Shown: positions 27,385 to 40,917 of the stretch, one piece after another | Layout: each line of letters starts with the position of its first letter | Numbering within the stretch: the first letter of the stretch is position 1 | From: Lama guanicoe | Lineage: Eukaryota | Direction of reading: 5' to 3' | Assembly (NCBI GenBank): GCA_013239625.1 | Contig: MU053365.1 | Coordinates: 1,150,115-1,214,114 of the forward strand | DNA: 64,000 bases | The notes under the pieces: model-generated | What the model saw: the letters and a program-made list of their open reading frames with translations, nothing else | The model's database searches: none | What the model was told of the DNA's origin: nothing | Translations under genes and position numbers: made by a program

Positions 27385-27704
27385 GCACTTGAAACTCTTA
27401 ATGACAGATATTCTTTGGGCACTATCACTCTATCCTTTGATGCAATACCTTACTGGTTTTGATCGCCAGGGAATTCCGACAAAGATGCCTTAGTATTTAC
27501 CAAAAATAACACAGTTCTTTTTTTTCTTCTCTGAGCATAAACCATCTAACTTCTGTATGATACTGAATAATGATAATATTCCCCAATTCTCACAATTCCA
27601 ACCATTATCTGTTGACACTTAATCTTCCTTCCAATTTCTAACCTACCCCTGTGATCAAGTGTACGATATACAGAAATTGGTGGGAAGACCTTTAGGCACT
27701 TAGT

Positions 27705-27797
27705 TTTGAAGCTTGGCCTTTTAATCATTTAGCAAGTGCCACTTGCAAAGATTTGAAGCTTGGCCTTTAATCATTTAGTGAGTGGAACTTGCTAAGA
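27705..27797. repeat. 47-bp tandem duplication
   Basis: tttgaagcttggcctt(t)taatcatttag..agtg..acttgc.aaga starts at 27705 and at 27752. Confidence 0.9.
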
Positions 27798-28959
27798 CCT
27801 TTAATGCCTCTCTCATTAACATAAAACTCATTAGCATAAAAATAGATTTTCCTATTTCTTCATGGAAAGTTCTGAGAAAAATCGAAAGAAAATTTCTAGA
27901 TAGCCCCAAATAAAAATTTTAAAGTCCTAAATACACACACAGAAGAAATGATGCTCAAGATTGAAATACTGGTACCCGTTAAACCTTCTGAGCAATCTAG
28001 ACTAGCATCTGGTAATAGCTATTTCAGAACAACTGGTCATCAGAGGCATTAGAGGGTTATGAGGGAAAGATGCTATTTATGGCCATGAACCAAACTGGCT
28101 CAATAGTGATCAAATCAGTATATTGACTCTAAAAGGCACGATATTCCTAACCGCCAGGAGCCCTAAGATCATGGTCAGAAGAAATGCTGCTGAGTGAGCC
28201 GAGTCTCAAGCCCTCTGCTGCCAACAGGTTGTTCATGTGTAGCAAGCATTGAAATGTGAAACCAGGAAAGCCCTACAGTTACCTGAAGATGGTTTCTATT
28301 TCCCACCTCTAATGGACTGTGCCAGAGTCCAAAACTAGGCAGAACGGATAACAGAAATCCAGGAAAGTACCAGAATGAGAAACTAGAAAAGCAGAAAACA
28401 AAGATGGACTTTTCTGAAGGAAAAAAAAAACAAAAACAAAAAACCAACCATTTATGCAGAGACTGTCCCATGTCACTGGATCATTCGGGATTCTAACACT
28501 GGGTAGAACTTTGACACTATCACCTCTCCATGTCTATCTTCTTTTCTAGGCTGTGCCAGTTCCCTGAAGGGACCACAACAGCCAATTCAGACTCATTCTG
28601 CCTACAAACCTATCATTTCTTTTATTACTGAGATACTGACATCAAAACATTTTTTAAATACATAGACAAATTTAATATTTTCTAACTGGCAGGGCATGTT
28701 CGTGTGTGCACAGACAGAAGTATGTGTTTAATATGGTTTAGCAGCAACCTATGTAATTAATGTGTTCAAATCCTCTAACTGAGAAAATGTAGAATTATTT
28801 GCAAATATTTACATTTTTGCCTTTTAAGGGTACATAAAAGATTATGTACAAGGCATACTATATGTTTTGCATGATAAATACCTCCCCTCCTCCCCCACAG
28901 CTTCAATTTTTGTTATATTTAGAAATTTAAGACCAGGAGCAAACATCTGTCAGACTAAT

Positions 28960-31272
28960 TTTTTGCTTTTTCATAAGTGCAACTTTTTAATAAAAATTTA
29001 CATCTAGATAAACAATCTTCAGATTTTTGAAACTTTAATAAGATTTTAAAAACATCATGACTTTGAACTGAAAAACATACACGTTTAGCACACAAATATT
29101 GTAATATGAATCAACTCCAACTCCATTTGAAAACATGTGACTCAAATTACAGTTTTAGAAGTTAGTAATTCACATTTAAGCAAGTTAGCGCCTTGCTGAA
29201 TTCAGCCTTTGTAAAAAAGAGACTTAGTGCATATTGTAATGGCACAATGTGCTTTTGTACCATTTTGTTGATTTTTTTTCACCTTATTAAACAAGATCAA
29301 GTTCTTGAAAGTTGGTAGATAACGGCTAACTTCCTATGACATGTGAAATTTCCAATGGTAACAGTTACATTTTGTAACAGAACACTTTCTATAGATTTCT
29401 TTTCCTACCTTAAAATTTTAAAAGCAATCATTTGTAAGGATTGCATCAACGTCAATTTAGCAGAGGAAGATCAAACTTTATTGAAACTGCTTGCATACAA
29501 AATATATTGCACTATAACCAAACAAATGTCAACATAAAATCCAATCTGTTGTCGCTAATATGTACAGAGAATATTGCCCAAGAGCAGTTACATTACAAGG
29601 TCATTCTACCTTGGTTAATTATCTACAGTATTTTAAACCAAACAGCTTACAGATGATGTGTGCAAGGTACCAATTTCTGTTTTCAAATACTATACATTCC
29701 CAGAATAAATAACTAGAAATCAACATTAATGTTTGGCAATATTTTTAAAAGACTTGTTAATATTCTTGAAATCATGTGCAGTTTGTCGCCATTTTTATAT
29801 GCTTATTTGTATGCAAGGAAAAGTAACCGTAAAATGAAAATTCAAAGAAACAAACTCACAAACTACATCAGAGGCAGAACTTCGGTTTGTACGGCTCTGT
29901 ACAGATTCAGTGGTACCCCTACTTGGAGCCATTTTTTTTAAGAAAAATATAACATCTTAGAGTGAAGGTCCTTCACATATTTTTCCTCAGGAAATTTCAT
30001 TCATTAAAAAAAAAAGACTCAAAACCAAAACCCAACACATCAAAGAACAAAAGAGAAAAACAAACTAAAGAAAAAAAGGTATTATCTGTTAACCAATCCT
30101 AGTCTGCTTTCCAATTCTGCTTATACATTAGACCTAGTATTTCAAAGTTCACAAAACATTTAACCTGCTTCCAACGTTTCTTAGACAAAGTACCTGTACT
30201 TCACAGGATTATTATGCACATGTGGAAATGACCTTCCCATCTCCTCCAAATAAGCTTGAAATTAAAACATGAAAAACTTCACAAAACTCGGGGAGGACAA
30301 AATAAAAACAGCTCTAAGTTAAAACTGGTCATCAGGCCAAAGAGCAGGCACATCCTCCTAACTTCCGACCAGGAAGATTTGTTCCTAGCTGAAAACATTT
30401 TAGCCTCTCTCAAATGAAAAGACAGTTATTTCTTCTCCTGTCTATACAAAAAAAGTTACACATCCCTCTCAATAACACTATTTGTCAAACTTCAGTGCAA
30501 CAAAACAAAAACAAAAACAAGTCCTATTCTTTATACTGCCTAACCTGATGTTTATGGAAGGAAAAAAAATATGGAAAGCATGCATTCTTCTATAAAGTAC
30601 TAATGTTTGACAGGGTTTGCTACATTTTTTTTTTAACATTTAGTGTTCCCAACTTATCTTCCCTGAACTCTGCATCCAAATATAATATTCCTACCTGCCA
30701 AGATATAAAAAAGGCACAGATCATACAACTTTTTTTTTTGCTAATGAAAATGACAAACGTCACATCACACACATCTCAGGGTCCACTAAAATACTGGAAA
30801 AGTGGACCAAAACATAAACTGACACAGGACATGAAATGACATAGTATTTCGTGGACTTCTATATGAGATTGAAAACAGAAGTCTAATATAAATAGCATTT
30901 ATGGTAATCATTCAGAAAAACTGAAATGTACCAGTGAGTTATCACCTAATGCAGGAAAATGGTCCAAATTAACAAAAAATACCACTGCTTGGTATTTAAA
31001 AAACAAACCAAACTAAAATCCTTTCCTGAAGTGCTAAATATACATAATTGCTTAAAAGTAACATTTCAAAATTTTAAGACCTCTTTTTGTGCAAATTTGA
31101 AAATTGTTGCTTATGGCCAATACCAAAAAAATAAAATTCTTAACAGAATTTGTGTTCATTTCATGCCCTGTGCCACCTTGCCTACTATTTGTCTTTGGCC
31201 TAACAAAGTTTTCTAATATGGAATAAGAATTACGGAAATGGTATAGGAAATATAACTCCAGAATTACGCAGT
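28960..31272 (-). other. FMR1: FMR1 3' UTR (about 2.3 kb)
   Basis: U-rich sequence with no recognisable repeats after the stop; minus-strand poly(A) signals AATAAA 29477-29482, ATTAAA 29034-29039 and ATTAAA 28986-28991; the end point is approximate. Confidence 0.85.
28986..29039 (-). terminator. FMR1: Paired ATTAAA polyadenylation signals of FMR1
   Basis: tttaat on + strand at 28986-28991 and 29034-29039, followed on - strand by GT/T-rich sequence. Confidence 0.7.
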
Positions 31273-31434
<162 letters not shown>

Positions 31435-32694
31435 CTAAAACAAGTTATAGTTGTTATATACACAGACCGTATCCTATTATAATCTGTAATTGGCCTGACA
31501 AGAAATTTAAGCCCGAAGTGTAAATTCCACATGTTAAAAGGGGAAATGGGGTGAGAATAGAAGAAGTGCAAGAAATTAAGGTCAGGTAGGATCTTTTATT
31601 TGGTTTATGGTTTTAAAACACTCTTCTTCTTTAACTGGAACACATTGGTCATCTCACTGCGTCCAAAGTTAGATAAAAACTCACAATCCTACCGTGTCTT
31701 CTTCTATGCAGAACAAAACAGTGAGAAACAAACAGTTAAAATGAATTACTATTACTGATTACAAGATACACATGTCTATAATACTAGAGTTCAAAAAAAT
31801 GGGTTATTCTTCAAAGACTGTGAAACCCAGGAGGAGAGACACAAATTAATATCTTACTATTCTGATGTTACCAGGGTAGAAACTCAACTCACTCACTTAT
31901 TAACTAGCCTTTAGCTGACACCTTTATATCCATCATGGGTATGATTATGTTCTCTATACTGAGGGCACCCACTGTCTTACAGTAAAAAATATGAGTGTTG
32001 GTTTCCAATAGCTTGTATTTCAGTAAGGTGAGTCACATGATCAGACAACTTGAACACTGAAGAGGAAGAACAGTATAGGGAAATCTGAAGACACTAAAGT
32101 GGGGAAGAACTGGAATCCCAGGAAGAGTGTAAAGATGAATACAGTTTAAAAATAGCATTCTGAGATTTATGATAATTTAAGTGCCAACACTGAACACTTA
32201 AAACACTGCTAATGGAATTCTAGATGCTACGCAAAAGGAAGATAACATTGACCAATAAGCCTAAAACAACTAAAAATATTGATCTATTTCAAGTATAAAT
32301 GCTATATATAATCCCAACATGGTTCATTGTAATTTCAAAATGTATTTAAGTGTTGGTCCTGAGTGTGTGTTTTAAATGTTTGGTTATTAAGAGGGGAATT
32401 ACAAAACTGGTACATAAATGCCTTACATCTCTGTAAAGCATATGTATGTACATCATTTCATCCATCTCTTTATCTAGGTCTAAGGTATTTTCTATGCTGG
32501 TCCTAAGAACCCACCAATAGTTAACACCAACTTACAACCACTATGAATTCTAAGGAATAGTCCATTATGAAGTTCCTGCTCTTAAGTATTTCTCACTAAC
32601 CTTGTGTATTGGTCCCAAATCAATCCATAGTCATGAAGGAACCCTAACTACTTGGATTAAGAATTCAGAGTTAAAGCAGCAGCAGAAGAGAATA

Positions 32695-32900
32695 TGGGTT
32701 CTGGGAATCAGATACCAGGGATCGAATATCACTCCACCATATGCTAATTATGTGACTGTGGGTAAAAGGCTCAATCTTTCTAAACTTCAGTACACTCACC
32801 TACAAAACAGAATAATAAAACTTCTTACCTCAGGGGGTTGCTGAAAGATCAAATGAGATAAAACATACACAAGCGCTCTGCAGAGGTGTCTGGACATGCT
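32695..32900 (+). mobile_element. MIR SINE in FMR1 intron 16
   Basis: tatgtgactgtgggtaa...cttcag...cctacaaaacagaataata...cttacctcagggggttgctgaaagatcaaatgagataa. Confidence 0.7.
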
Positions 32901-33463
32901 CAGAGGTCATTTGAAAATTACTTTACAGTGGGTTCAGCACAGGTGACGACCATTTGAGATGGGGTTCTCAGAACAGCGGCTGGCTGTAAGTAAGGAGCTG
33001 ACTCATGCAGCTGGGCCAGCTGAGTATCAGCAGCTCTGTCTATCAGGATGATTACTCATGAGCTAGACACCTTCTTTTCCTTACTTTCCTCTGACACCCT
33101 ATTCCTGCAACTCAGGGGAGGAGGGACCCACAGGACTTTACTCAAGTCTCTCTCGGTACATTCCTGGATGTTTCTTTTCTTGGACAGCTGGGGTGGGGGT
33201 GAGGGGACTACCAATGTGGTTTTGAAGTCACTCTGTGGCTATCAAAGTCTTTACAAGTACTTAATATATTTTCTATAGGAATCTCTTTTGTATACTTGTC
33301 ACAAAGGACTAAGATTGCCGACAATTAGAATGTTGAAAAGAAACTATTTCACATATACCAAATTCACAACCTCTGAACACGTTTTAAAAAGGTAAAAGAA
33401 ACTCATAAATCTCAAACTACTATAAATCACACAATTTAGATGAAAAGAGACACACAGGTTTAC

Positions 33464-33546
33464 CTGAAGGGATCCGTCTGCTGCTCTTCCTTTAGCCTCT
33501 CTTGGGTTACGTGGACGATTATCTGTTCGGGAGTGATCGTCGTTTC
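33464..33546 (-). CDS. FMR1: FMR1 exon 16, 83 nt
   Basis: [27 protein letters not shown]; tag| acceptor and CAG|gtaaac donor. Confidence 0.97.
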
Positions 33547-34026
33547 CTATACGGACATTTTAAAAAGGTTCAACAGTCACTGATTCTAACCTGCTTATTG
33601 GAAATTCCTTATTCCCACATCCTCAAATTTATTTATACCAACCACAGAATCTAAAATATAATCGATAACCCAGTGATTCCAATTGCATACTGGCTAATAA
33701 TCTACCATGCTACCAAGAAACAGAAAATGTTTCTAAGGCATCACAAATCTGCATCAACTGTGTTACAGGTCAACTTGAACTAATGATCAGTTGTTATGTG
33801 TAGAATATCCGAATAAGCTAACTAGTTATCAGTGTTTATTCATATATTCTACATGAACCAGACGGAAGGCTGTCTAATGTTGCTAACTACACGAATGAAA
33901 GGCTGAGCTTTTCCTATGGTGACCAGTACAAAACAGGGTAAATAGGGCCTTGGTAATATGTCACTGAATCACCAACATTTTTCATCGAACTTCAGATAGT
34001 TGTTACAAAGTCATCTTTATTTCTTA

Positions 34027-34239
<213 letters not shown>

Positions 34240-35766
34240 TTAAAAGTTATATACCGTTGTCCGACTTAAAAAAAAAAAGTTAGGTTAACAGAAGCTTCCA
34301 GAGACGTTTCAGGGGTAATCCATTACTCTTCCCAATTTCTAAGCCCACCAAAGAGTATTATCACCTTCCATTTTGTAAAACAAATTATCTTAAATTCAGA
34401 ATGAAGGGTTTCACAATATTTGAGGTAATTTTTGTTTTAAACATTTTTGGTTCTCATTAAAAAAAAAAGGTATTTTATTAGCCGTCTAAGTTCAAACCTG
34501 AGTATGCCACACCATTAAACAGCTGTGCTCCTTTAAACATCTGCGCTCTCTGGAGGAAAAGTTGTCTACATCAGTTAAACGCAATACCTTGATAAACAAA
34601 ACCTCTGTAAAGAGATTTCCTTTTAACGAGGTTTGGCCTGGGGATAGAGGGGAATGCACATGCTCTGGTCACCTCTGAGAGGCTGGCAGAGAAGGCCGCC
34701 ATGGCAACTATCTCAGGGAAGGGTCTCCTGTGGGATCAGGGACTGGACCTTGCTGAGTGGGGATATGCTGCCTGATGCTTGGTCCACAACCTTCCCTCCC
34801 ACTCCCACTGGAATAATTGATCTTTATAAAGGAATTATCGTAACAAACTTGTTATGCCTGAGGGGGTAGGTTACTGACACAGTGGAGGGGAGTGGGAGAA
34901 AAGAGCTCCACGGTGAGGTGGGACTTCAACAGCATAAAGATCAGATTGTTGGGAGAGGGGTTAGGGGTTAGGTTCAAGGTTGGCCTTAGGAGTAGGTGTC
35001 TCTCCCCCACTCCAGAATATCAACTCTACTACCTCTCTCTCTTCCTCTGTTGGAGCTAATGACCAATTATAGCTTCACCATTATAGCTTCATTCCTGTGG
35101 ATCTTGAAGACTTTTCCATCTTAAAGAGTTCCTTTTTGAAATGCAAATATTTGTGAGATGGATTATACCTTACACCATCATTAGCAAGTTACATAGTAGA
35201 TACACAGTTGAGCAAGAAAGACAGTAGGCACTGGCAGGTGGGACAGCGTTCAGTGAAAGGTACTGGGAGAGAAGAAAGAAGCACTGATAGAAGAGCTGGG
35301 AAGGCAAAGAGAAACTTCGCCTACTTCTTGACTGTGCCTAGGGTTGATTTTGGCCATGCCACTCAAAATCACCTTATGAGCCACAGGATGCAGACCCCTG
35401 ATTTACACAGTCCATCCAGCAAGTATGACCAGCACATGCCTGACAAAAAATGAGCCACAGTACACAAATGAAAAAAGTTTTGGCTATACAGTAATAAAAT
35501 CAGGAAAGGCCTTAGGAAAGTCATCAACATACAAGGGCTTAAGCAGATTTATCCCCAGTCATAACGTGGACAGAACTCACACCTGCCCTGTGAACTCTAT
35601 GTGTTATAATCAGGTTTTTACTCTATATGTCTCTTGCAACACAATTTGTCCCACTGTGAATTGGAAACCAGGTAGTGAGAAATTGTTATAATGGGGTTCT
35701 AATGAATATTAGAGATTAGCAGCTATTAAGTCTAGGAACAGATAAAGTTACTGAGTAAAATGCTTA

Positions 35767-35970
<204 letters not shown>

Positions 35971-38395
35971 CTATTTAAAATATACAAGATAACAGTAAAA
36001 ATAATTTGACATTTTGCTTAATAATACCTTTCTCCTTTTCATCAGATAAAAAGTATACTGGAAATATTTCAATTTCAGTTCTAAATTTACAGTAAACACT
36101 GTTACACAGAATTATCAGGAAATTGAATGGTCTCCTTAAAAAGAAAATTACTATAGATAACAGATTACTGATGTCCAGAATTAGAGATATAACAAAAATA
36201 CTCAGCATTAAAATTATACTGCTAGAATTTAAAGTTATCTAATTTGGCACTATTATCCAATAGAATCTGCTAAGGCACAAATATGCTAGTTTTGGGACTT
36301 CTTGATAATAGGATATTGAAAAAAACAACTCTAAAACATACAAATACAAATAAATGACATTTAAGGTTTAACCAGCTAACCTTAAAAACCACACATTGTA
36401 AATAACCTTAATTGAAATAGATTTTCCAGTTAATATCTGAATTAACAACATTGAGTTTGGGACATCTTCTGTTTTCAAAGAACATATACTATGGTAGGTC
36501 TTTGGATATGACTATATAGTTAAGAAACAATTATTTTCAATGAACTAAAGATGCTTATATTCCTTCTATTGTGGGAGAGGACTATTTAATAGTTGACCAA
36601 AAAAGTTGGAGGTCTTATATCATGCCTTGAAAACCTCTTAAAAACAACAACTCTACTACAACAAGTATGATAAACAGTATAAATTCAGTTGATTAAAATA
36701 TACACCTGGGGTACACTGACAGACCCTTACATACAATGCTTCCAATATGCTGTGTTCTGTCAAATTCAGATGAACTCTCAATTCTAACCCTTGTCCTTCC
36801 AATCTACCCCAAAACATCTATTTACTAGCTACAGGGAACTGGAGCCACAACTAGAGTAGCAATGAGTGTCTCAGTCAAGCAGAGGCCATCTCAGGGACTG
36901 TCTACATGAACAGTCACTGGGGAAGTCCCTGAAAAGCTAAGTTCCTAAAGCCTAGGTTATGGCAGCTTCTGGAAAAGGGCAGATAAGTAAGGATCTAGGA
37001 GTTTCATCTGTGCTCTGAACCGGAATTTGTTTTACAAAGGATCTGAGCAAAGGAGAGACTGCAGCTGAGTGAGTGGCTTACTCCAAAAGTACAATTATAG
37101 CTCATGGAATGGGGGGTATATCTTGCAAAACAGAATGGTAGTCCAGGTTATCCCACTGGGGCAAAGCAGTCACCTTTTGGTGAGAGATGCCAGGCCCAAT
37201 CAAGGGAAGATCTGGTGATGGAAAGAATGGCAACAGGACAGCTGCTGATAACCAAAAAAAGATACTCAATTGTAAAGAATAAATCAAAAGATCTAAGAAT
37301 ATTAGTCAAAAGAACAAGGGATTGATAAAATGCAACCCTAACTCTTCAGGTCTTCAAAATTATTTAAGCTAAGAATATGAAGGAAAACACATACAACAGA
37401 TTACACGTAAAACACACTTTAAAATAAAAACAAATAAGCAAATCAATGGGGTATCCTATCCATGCAGACCTTGCTGGATGAAACCTCCACACTTTTAATT
37501 GTTAACTAACCATCATAAGAATAAGAAGTGCCTGGCTATTGTATTTTCCTTCCTTCTCTGCATATAACTAGAAATTGTTTAAATTTCTTTCTTTCAAGAA
37601 ATCATCAAAAATTCTTATTAAAATAGCATAGGAAAACAGAAAGTTGGATTATTTATAAAATGCTATTTAGTACCAGTTGCAATGTATTTTTGATATATAG
37701 TTATAAAGAAGAAATTATAAAAGTGACATGGATAAAATTCTATTTTATTGAATCACAGAACATTTTGGCCAAAAGAAATTTTAAAAAGCACCTAGTCTAG
37801 GGAAGTGATTTGCCTAAAGTCATTGAACTGGCTCACGGCAGAAGAGAGACTACAAGCAAACTGCTGCATCGCCAATCTAGTGCTCTTCCTGCTATACCTC
37901 GCAGCCTCCTGGTTCCTGCTTCCCAGTTTGCAATCTTAGAGGAGGTATAGTGATACAAATACTAACTAAAATGATCATTCACAAGAAGACACAAATTGTT
38001 TATATTTTGTATAAGAGTATAGAGAAAAATTCGAAGGGTAAACATTTAAACAGAGGACTTCATGAAACTCTGGGATTTCCCTGATAAATGACATAAAAGG
38101 GACAACAAAGGCAAGTGTTACAGACACAAGATTTGGCCTGGGAAAAACTCACATGGGCTAGAAAGGATCAACTGGATGAAAAGGTGCTGTAAAGGATTGC
38201 CTACAGTGAGTATAAGGGTTTATTTAGCAGGAGAATAATGGGGAATAGGGAAATTTATTGAGAATTGGGATATTGGTCCTTAAATTTATAATGATGGAAA
38301 ATTGACTTGTTTTCAGAAGGAATATAATAAGCTAAACAAAGTGAGTATTTTTTTCTATTATCTTTTACAGGTCATTCATCATAATGTACAGATTA

Positions 38396-38611
<216 letters not shown>

Positions 38612-40854
38612 TTACTCTGAAAAAATGCAAACGATGACTAAATCCCTATCACAGGGTCTGATAAATAGTAGGTACACAAATGTATGTTGAAAATACAAAC
38701 CAATACATAAAACAAAAGTAGTTGGTATATTTTACACATCTACTGTGTATAAACACAGATCAATATAGCAACCCCTTAAATGTGTCAGGTTATTATGATT
38801 TAAACACTACTATTAAATGTTGGCAAACTCAAATTATCTAATTCAAAATTACGCAAGCTTTAACAAGAGATGCATAAACAAAATGAATACTTTTAAATAC
38901 TTTAATTCATTTACTACAGGTTTCATCTAGATAAAATTATTTAAAAAATAGTTCAAAATTCAATACTAGGGTAGAAAAATAAAAACTAAATCAACTTTGC
39001 TAACCAAGTCAAGAGTACAAACAAAACAAAAAAAATAGGATAAATTAAAATGCACTTAGTAATTATTCTGTGAGAAAAAAAAGCTAGACACATCCATGAG
39101 CATAAAATTTAGCATTTTAACATTTCAATAATGTAGTCTGAATACTATTGAAGGGCTGAGTCATAAGGAAAGTTTGATCTCTCAATGGTACTGCTTTAAT
39201 ATAAGGATACATTTTGAAAAAGGAATATACTAAAAACTTACACTTCTAGCCCGGCAGTACAAATGAGAAAAAAACTACTTCTTGTCTTAAGTTATAGGGA
39301 AGCCTACGTCAGTTACGCAAACTAATAGGTGGCAACTATGACATCCAAAGTTGAGAATAATTCAATATTCTGCTACTGATGAAATTCACATGGTTACTGA
39401 TATTCACAAGTGACTAAAGAAAAGCACACAGAAGCTTTGACGTAGATATGTTAGAATTTTCCAGGTGAAGTTTCTAGGTGTGAGAAGCCAAGAAGCTGTC
39501 TCTTTAGCAAGTTATCAGTCTTTTAAAAGAGCATTTGTCTGATAGGTGTGGCTACTGCTAGGCTGCTTTTGTTTGCTTGCACTCAGTACACAGCATCTTA
39601 AATGTATGTGGGGTTGGAATGGGTTTTTTCTTTTTCCTTCCACACGAACATGGCTGTTGATGGGGCACAAAGCTGAACAATTAGGAAATACTGCTTGCAG
39701 ACTGACATTCACCTGGTAGGCAAGGCACTGCTTCCTAGTAGCAATGACCACCTAAAGAATCAGGTGCCATGGGCTTCATATGGAATTTTTTTTGCACTGA
39801 ATAATTATGAACTGTGGAAATAATCAGGCCTATGAATCAGATCTCTTTTTCTCAAAAACATTTTTAACTGCTGAGCTTTTTACCCAACTGACTTTGTTAC
39901 TAAGCAATTAATCATATTATTTTTCAAAATGTCCTATGATGAAATGTCATGCTTTCCCTCTTGGATCACATACGACCAAAATAAACTTTAAAACCCTACG
40001 TCACAGATTTAATTTGATCAACTTTAGAGCAAATAATTTCAAAAAATTTTCTCTTTCAACATATCTAAACTGTTGTTAAACCCAAGTGTCAGTCTAATTT
40101 AAGCACATCACTAGTGGACCAGAATAGTTTAAGACAAAGAAAGGCAAGAGTAGAATGGGGTCTTTAATATGGACACCAGAAAAAAGTGATTCCCTGTTCT
40201 GGGATGAGAACTGAGCTGCCCAGCAGAGAGGAAATCCACTTGCAGTTATATTTCTCTTTATAAAATGGCATTTTTGCTTTTAATCTTTTGTTTTCCCTAT
40301 AAGCAGTTCTCATGGGCCAGGTAAGGCACCTGCCCTTAAGTGACTCACAATGTGGCTGAGATAACCAGTAAATATCTATGTAGTAAGTGCTATGACAGGG
40401 GTGAGCACACGGGAGCATGAAAGAGGGAAAGGCTCTTGAGTCAGTCAGGGGGAGGGGACCTCTGGCAAGTACACAAGGAAAGCTGCACAAGGAGTAAGGT
40501 CAAAGCAAGGTGGCAAGTTAGAGGAAAAAAGTGCTCCAAGAAGGGAAAACATGCATACATCTAGAAGAGACAGGACAGTACTGCTGGGAGAATGCTAAGT
40601 AGTTCAGGTATGGCTGAAGCCTCTCTAGAGTGCAAGCTTGGAGAGGAGTAGGAAGAGATGCCACTGGACAGGCGACTGCCTTATAAGCAACAGGAAGGAA
40701 TTTGAGCTTTCTCCCCAGGGCAAAGGATCCACAAACCCACCAACACTCCTCCACCATCCGTTAATCCTGATGATCATTTGTAGTCTTTCTTAACAAGGGG
40801 AATAAACATTAAAATATAAAATTAAAATGTATTTTTCAAGGAATGTTTTCCTAC

Positions 40855-40917
40855 CTGCCAAGCCTTGAGTTCAGGTTTCTGGGATTCCCCTGCTACAACT
40901 GATGAAACCACTAACAC
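40855..40917 (-). CDS. FMR1: FMR1 exon 12, 63 nt (alternatively skipped)
   Basis: VLVVSSVVAGESQKPELKAWQ; tag| acceptor and CAG|gtagga donor. Confidence 0.95.

Noticed and set aside
32996..33035. Short palindromes (gctgactcatgcagctgggccagctgagtatcagc; also gtacccac..gtgggtac at about 50512-50533)
   Set aside because: Too short for a pre-miRNA call, and such hairpins are expected by chance in 64 kb.
34957..34972. ggggttaggggttagg as an interstitial telomeric repeat
   Set aside because: Only two imperfect units; too short to call.
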